A stretch of DNA of 10,711 bases, from IMG/VR virus record IMGVR_UViG_2554235190_000004. One strand, 5' to 3'. A model generated the notes under the pieces. The model was given only the letters and a program-made list of their open reading frames with translations, had not been told where the DNA came from and did not search any database. The position numbers and the translations under genes are program-made. This document shows positions 7,638 through 10,711 of this stretch, piece by piece (positions within the stretch are counted from its first letter, which is position 1; the number at the start of each line of letters is the position of its first letter). This stretch comes from a virus. Lineage: Duplodnaviria; Heunggongvirae; Uroviricota; Caudoviricetes.

Positions 7638-7856
7638 ATGATGATTTGCCCACTGTGTGGAAGTGCCGCCCATACTCGCAGCAGTTTTCAGGTATCTTCA
7701 TTGACCAAAGAGCGTTACAACCAGTGCCAGAACATTAACTGCAGCCATACTTTTGTTACCCATGAAACTTTTGTTCGTTCGATTGCAACGCCAAAAGAAT
7801 CAAATCCGGTTCAGCCGCATCCAATGAAATCAGGGCAGGTGGCGCTCTCTCTTTGA
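7638..7856 (+). CDS. ogr: Ogr/Delta-type zinc-finger late transcription activator
   Basis: 72-aa product MMICPLCGSAAHTRS...KERYNQCQNINCSHTF with a C-x2-C-x22-C-x4-C zinc-binding motif and close resemblance to P2 Ogr (MFHCPLC...KERYHQCQNVNCS, recalled). RBS GGGGAG at 7622-7627. The 83-aa form in the ORF track (from 7605) is probably an artefactual N-terminal extension. Confidence 0.88.
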   Translation: MMICPLCGSAAHTRSSFQVSSLTKERYNQCQNINCSHTFVTHETFVRSIATPKESNPVQPHPMKSGQVALSL

Positions 7857-7936
7857 CGCTGCCGCCATTTTATCGCCATCGTTAAAAAACAGTGATTCTA
7901 ACATCATGATTTTAAACGGTATAAATTTCAGGCAAC

Positions 7937-7979
7937 AAAAAACCCATCAACCTTGAACCGAAATGGCGGGGTTGATGGG
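7937..7979 (-). terminator. Rho-independent terminator read on the - strand (10-bp stem cccatcaacc/ggttgatggg followed by a T-run), likely the ybjL terminator
   Basis: The inverted repeat 7943-7952 / 7970-7979 with AAAAAA at 7937-7942 on the + strand gives stem plus UUUUUU on the - strand transcript; the loop is long (17 nt); located about 115 bp downstream of the ybjL stop. Confidence 0.5.
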
Positions 7980-8091
7980 CTCCACAAAATGGGGACATCA
8001 AAGAAAAGCAGTGGCACTAATTAAGACTGATGCCCTGCGGAAAAGTTCTGCGGTTGTGCAAAAAAATTTCATTTTCAGGGCAACTTCAGTT

Positions 8092-9777
8092 TTATCCTAA
8101 TCCTGGCCATACCATGACGATGATTGTCCCTGCCAGCGTCAGCAGGACGTTGGCGATTGCATAGGTGCCCGCATAGCCCAGCGCCGGGATGTTACTGCGA
8201 GCTGTATCACTGATGATCTCCATTGCCGGCGCGCAGGTACGTGCGCCCATCATTGCGCCGAACAACAGCGCGCGGTTCATTCGCAATACATAAGCACCGA
8301 ACAAGAAACAGATAACCACGGGCACCAGACTGACAATCAATCCGGCAATCAACATCTGACCGCCAATCGCGCCCAGGCCGTTATTAATACCGCTACCGGC
8401 GCTCAGACCAACGCCTGCCATAAACACCATCAAGCCGAACTCTTTCACCATGCTTAATGCACCCTGCGGAATGTAACCGAAGGTCGGGTGGTTAGCACGC
8501 ATAAAGCCCAGCATAATTCCGGCGAATAACAACCCGGCAGCGTTCCCCATGCCGAAACTGAATGTGCTGAACTGGAAGGTGATCATCCCGATCATCAGCC
8601 CAATAACAAAGAAGGCGCAGAATGCCAGCAGGTCAGTGACCTGGCTGTGAATCGAGATAAAGCCGATGCGATCGGCGATGGTTTTTACGCGGCGGGCATC
8701 GCCGCTGACTTGTAAAACGTCACCTTTGTTAAGCACGACGTTGTCATCTATCGGCATCTCAATCTGGCTACGAATGACGCGGTTAAGGAAGCAACCGTGA
8801 TCGGTCAACTTCAGTTGTGCGAGACGTTTACCTACAGCGTTATGGTTTTTAACGACCACTTCTTCAGTGACGATACGCATGTCGAGAAGGTCACGATCGA
8901 AAACTTCTTTACCGTTACGGAAGCTGGGATCGAGTCGGGCATGGGCGTCGGGATAGCCTACCAACGCTATTTCATCGCCCATTTGTAGCACGGCATCACC
9001 GTCTGGATTTGCCAGAATCCCGTTACGTCGAATACGTTCAATGTAGCAGCCGGTTTGTCGATAAATACCCAGTTCACGCAGATTTTTGCCGTCGGTCCAG
9101 GCCACCAGTTCCGGGCCGACGCGATAGGCGCGGATCACCGGTAAATAAACCTTACGGTTGGCATCAGTGTCCAGGCCACGTTCGCGGGCGATTTGCTGGG
9201 CGCTGGTCTGTAAGTCCTGATGCTGCAATTTCGGCAAGTAACGCGCACCAACAATCAAACTCACCAGACCGATTAAATAGGTTAAGGCATACCCGAGGCT
9301 CAGATTATCCAGTGCCAGTGAGAGCTGCCTGCTTTCCATGCCGGAATGACGCAGTGTATCGCCAGCACCGACCAGAACCGGTGTCGACGTCATAGAGCCT
9401 GCTAACATACCGGCCGTCAGGCCAATATCCCAGCCAAACAGCTTACCTAACCCTAAGGCGATCACCAGCGCACTGCCAACCATCACCAGTGCTAACATTA
9501 GGTAATTTTTCCCATCGCGAAAAAAAATGGAAAAAAAGTTCGGTCCGGCTTCGACCCCGACGCAGAAAATAAACAGCATAAAGCCAAGATTAAGCGCATC
9601 GGTGTTAATGCTGAAATGTTGTTGGCCTAATAACAGCGATACGACTAAAACGCCAATGGAATTACCCAGTTGGATCGAACCAAGTCGTAACTTTCCGAGA
9701 CATAGCCCAAGCGCGAGGACCACAAATAATAACAGAATGTAATTCCCATTTAACAATTCGGCGACGTTTATATTCAC
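8092..9777 (-). CDS. ybjL: Putative transporter YbjL (AspT/YidE/YbjL family, two membrane domains flanking cytoplasmic TrkA-C-like domains)
   Basis: 561-aa ORF with GTG start; [24 protein letters not shown]... matches E. coli YbjL as I recall it, including length; hydrophobic N- and C-terminal halves with a soluble middle. Confidence 0.9.
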
Positions 9778-10046
9778 GGAGGCTAACTTCTTGTTTACTA
9801 GTAAGCTGTTGAAAGAAATGGTAATTTACGATAATGTTTTTTACCAGAATTCAGGGCGCAGATTCATTCAGCGCACCTAAACGATAGTAAAGTAACAATA
9901 TATTTTACTAGTGTAATCACATTAGGTATCAACGGCTATATGAATTGCGTTGGCCTATATTAGCATGGAATGCGAAGCGGCTTTATCTTACTGAACGCCA
10001 CACTGGCGAAAAATGTGTTCGATAGACGCAGTGTCAGGAGGAACGA

Positions 10047-10424
10047 GTGAAACATAAACAACGTTGGGCGGGGGCAATCTGCTGTTTTGTCCTCTTCATT
10101 GTGGTGTGCCTTTTTCTGGCGACGCACATGAAAGGCGCTTTTCGGGCTGCCGGGCATCCTGAAATCGGCTTGCTATTTTTCATTCTTCCTGGAGCAGTCG
10201 CCAGCTTCTTTTCACAGCGTAGAGAAGTCCTGAAACCTCTGTTTGGCGCAATGCTGGCGGCACCCTGTTCGATGCTCATTATGCGGCTGTTTTTTTCACC
10301 GACGCGCTCATTCTGGCAAGAGCTGGCATGGTTACTAAGCGCGGTGTTCTGGTGTGCGCTGGGGGCACTGTGTTTCTTATTTATCAGTAGTTTGTTTAAA
10401 CCACAGCACAGAAAAAATCAGTAA
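10047..10424 (+). CDS. ybjM: Inner membrane protein YbjM
   Basis: 125-aa hydrophobic ORF, GTG start at 10047 with AGGAGG 5 nt upstream; divergent from ybjL and convergent with grxA as in E. coli K-12. Confidence 0.8.
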   Translation: MKHKQRWAGAICCFVLFIVVCLFLATHMKGAFRAAGHPEIGLLFFILPGAVASFFSQRREVLKPLFGAMLAAPCSMLIMRLFFSPTRSFWQELAWLLSAVFWCALGALCFLFISSLFKPQHRKNQ

Positions 10425-10444
10425 AGCCCTCAACGCGAGGGCTT
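10424..10444. terminator. Bidirectional intrinsic terminator between convergent ybjM and grxA
   Basis: Stem aagccctc (10424-10431) / gagggctt (10437-10444) with a 5-nt loop, flanked by A's and T's so that either strand reads stem plus U-rich tail. Confidence 0.5.
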
Positions 10445-10453
10445 GTCAGACGA

Positions 10454-10711
10454 TCAGGCGTCCAGATTTTCTTTCACCCATGCAGCAAAATCGGTATAGC
10501 CGCCGATATGTTGCTGATCGACAAAAATCTGCGGCACGGTTTCTACGGGTTTACCTGCCTTTTGTTGTAGATCTTCTTTAGTGATCCCTTCCGCACGAAT
10601 ATCTACATACTGATACTGAAAATCATCGCGTTCATTGCTCAATTTCTCAGCCAGATCTTTTGCACGCACACAGTAAGGGCAACCCGAACGACCAAAAATA
10701 ACGGTTTGCAT
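10454..10711 (-). CDS. grxA: Glutaredoxin 1
   Basis: 85-aa product MQTVIFGRSGCPYCVRAKDLAEKL... with the CPYC active site; matches E. coli Grx1. Complete: the window ends at its start codon. Confidence 0.93.
   Translation of the reverse strand: MQTVIFGRSGCPYCVRAKDLAEKLSNERDDFQYQYVDIRAEGITKEDLQQKAGKPVETVPQIFVDQQHIGGYTDFAAWVKENLDA

Larger units (their letters stand above)
1..7940 (+). mobile_element. P2-like prophage, right arm (invertase, tail module, ogr); partial, truncated by the window start; right boundary approximate
   Basis: Colinear P2 gene order FI-FII-E/E'-T-U-D-ogr with translationally coupled overlaps, followed by host genes; attR is expected shortly after ogr, as in P2. Confidence 0.85.

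Noticed and set aside
7544-7738. 64-aa + strand ORF overlapping the D stop and ogr in another frame
   Set aside because: Out of frame with ogr, no RBS, and inconsistent with P2 synteny.
7605-7856. 83-aa extended form of ogr starting at 7605 (MNLAKMGRTRK...)
   Set aside because: The internal start at 7638 gives a 72-aa product that aligns from the first residue with P2 Ogr and has an RBS; the extension would start inside the putative promoter.
1-7856. Whether the tail cluster is an R-type tailocin rather than a prophage
   Set aside because: The presence of ogr at the end, an invertase in the moron slot and the expected attR position all fit a full P2-like prophage layout. The head and lysis genes lie outside the window, so this cannot be fully excluded from the sequence given.
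7857-8091. Possible tRNA or small RNA gene as integration target in the ogr-ybjL gap
   Set aside because: I could not find a cloverleaf-compatible arrangement (acceptor stem plus T-arm GTTC-like box) by eye; the only strong structure is the - strand terminator hairpin. Not excluded; a tRNA or sRNA scan would settle it.
10354-10581. 75-aa + strand ORF overlapping the ybjM end and antisense to grxA
   Set aside because: Overlaps two well-supported host genes; spurious.

Overview
This window is the right arm of a P2-like (Peduovirus-type) prophage joined to an Escherichia coli chromosomal segment. Positions 1-7856 carry, all on the + strand, a complete serine DNA invertase (Hin/Gin/Pin family), then the P2-order tail module: sheath (FI), tube (FII), chaperone E with its -1 frameshift product E+E', tape measure (T), tail proteins U and D, and the zinc-finger late activator Ogr. 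A short intergenic stretch (7857 to about 7940) should hold the prophage/host junction (attR). The host part is ybjL (-), ybjM (+) and grxA (-), the gene order I remember from E. coli K-12. I see no CRISPR array, tRNA, rRNA or IS element. I do not find evidence of a previously undescribed system: the gene content is a recognisable myophage tail cluster plus core host genes. The points worth a second look are the invertase sitting where P2 has Z/fun (implying an invertible tail-fibre cassette just upstream of the window), a long tape measure with hydrophobic tandem repeats, a Lys/Arg-rich patch in gpD, a candidate Ogr-type late promoter before FI, and the insertion site beside ybjL. All calls rest on reading the translations and sequence by eye; no database search was run.
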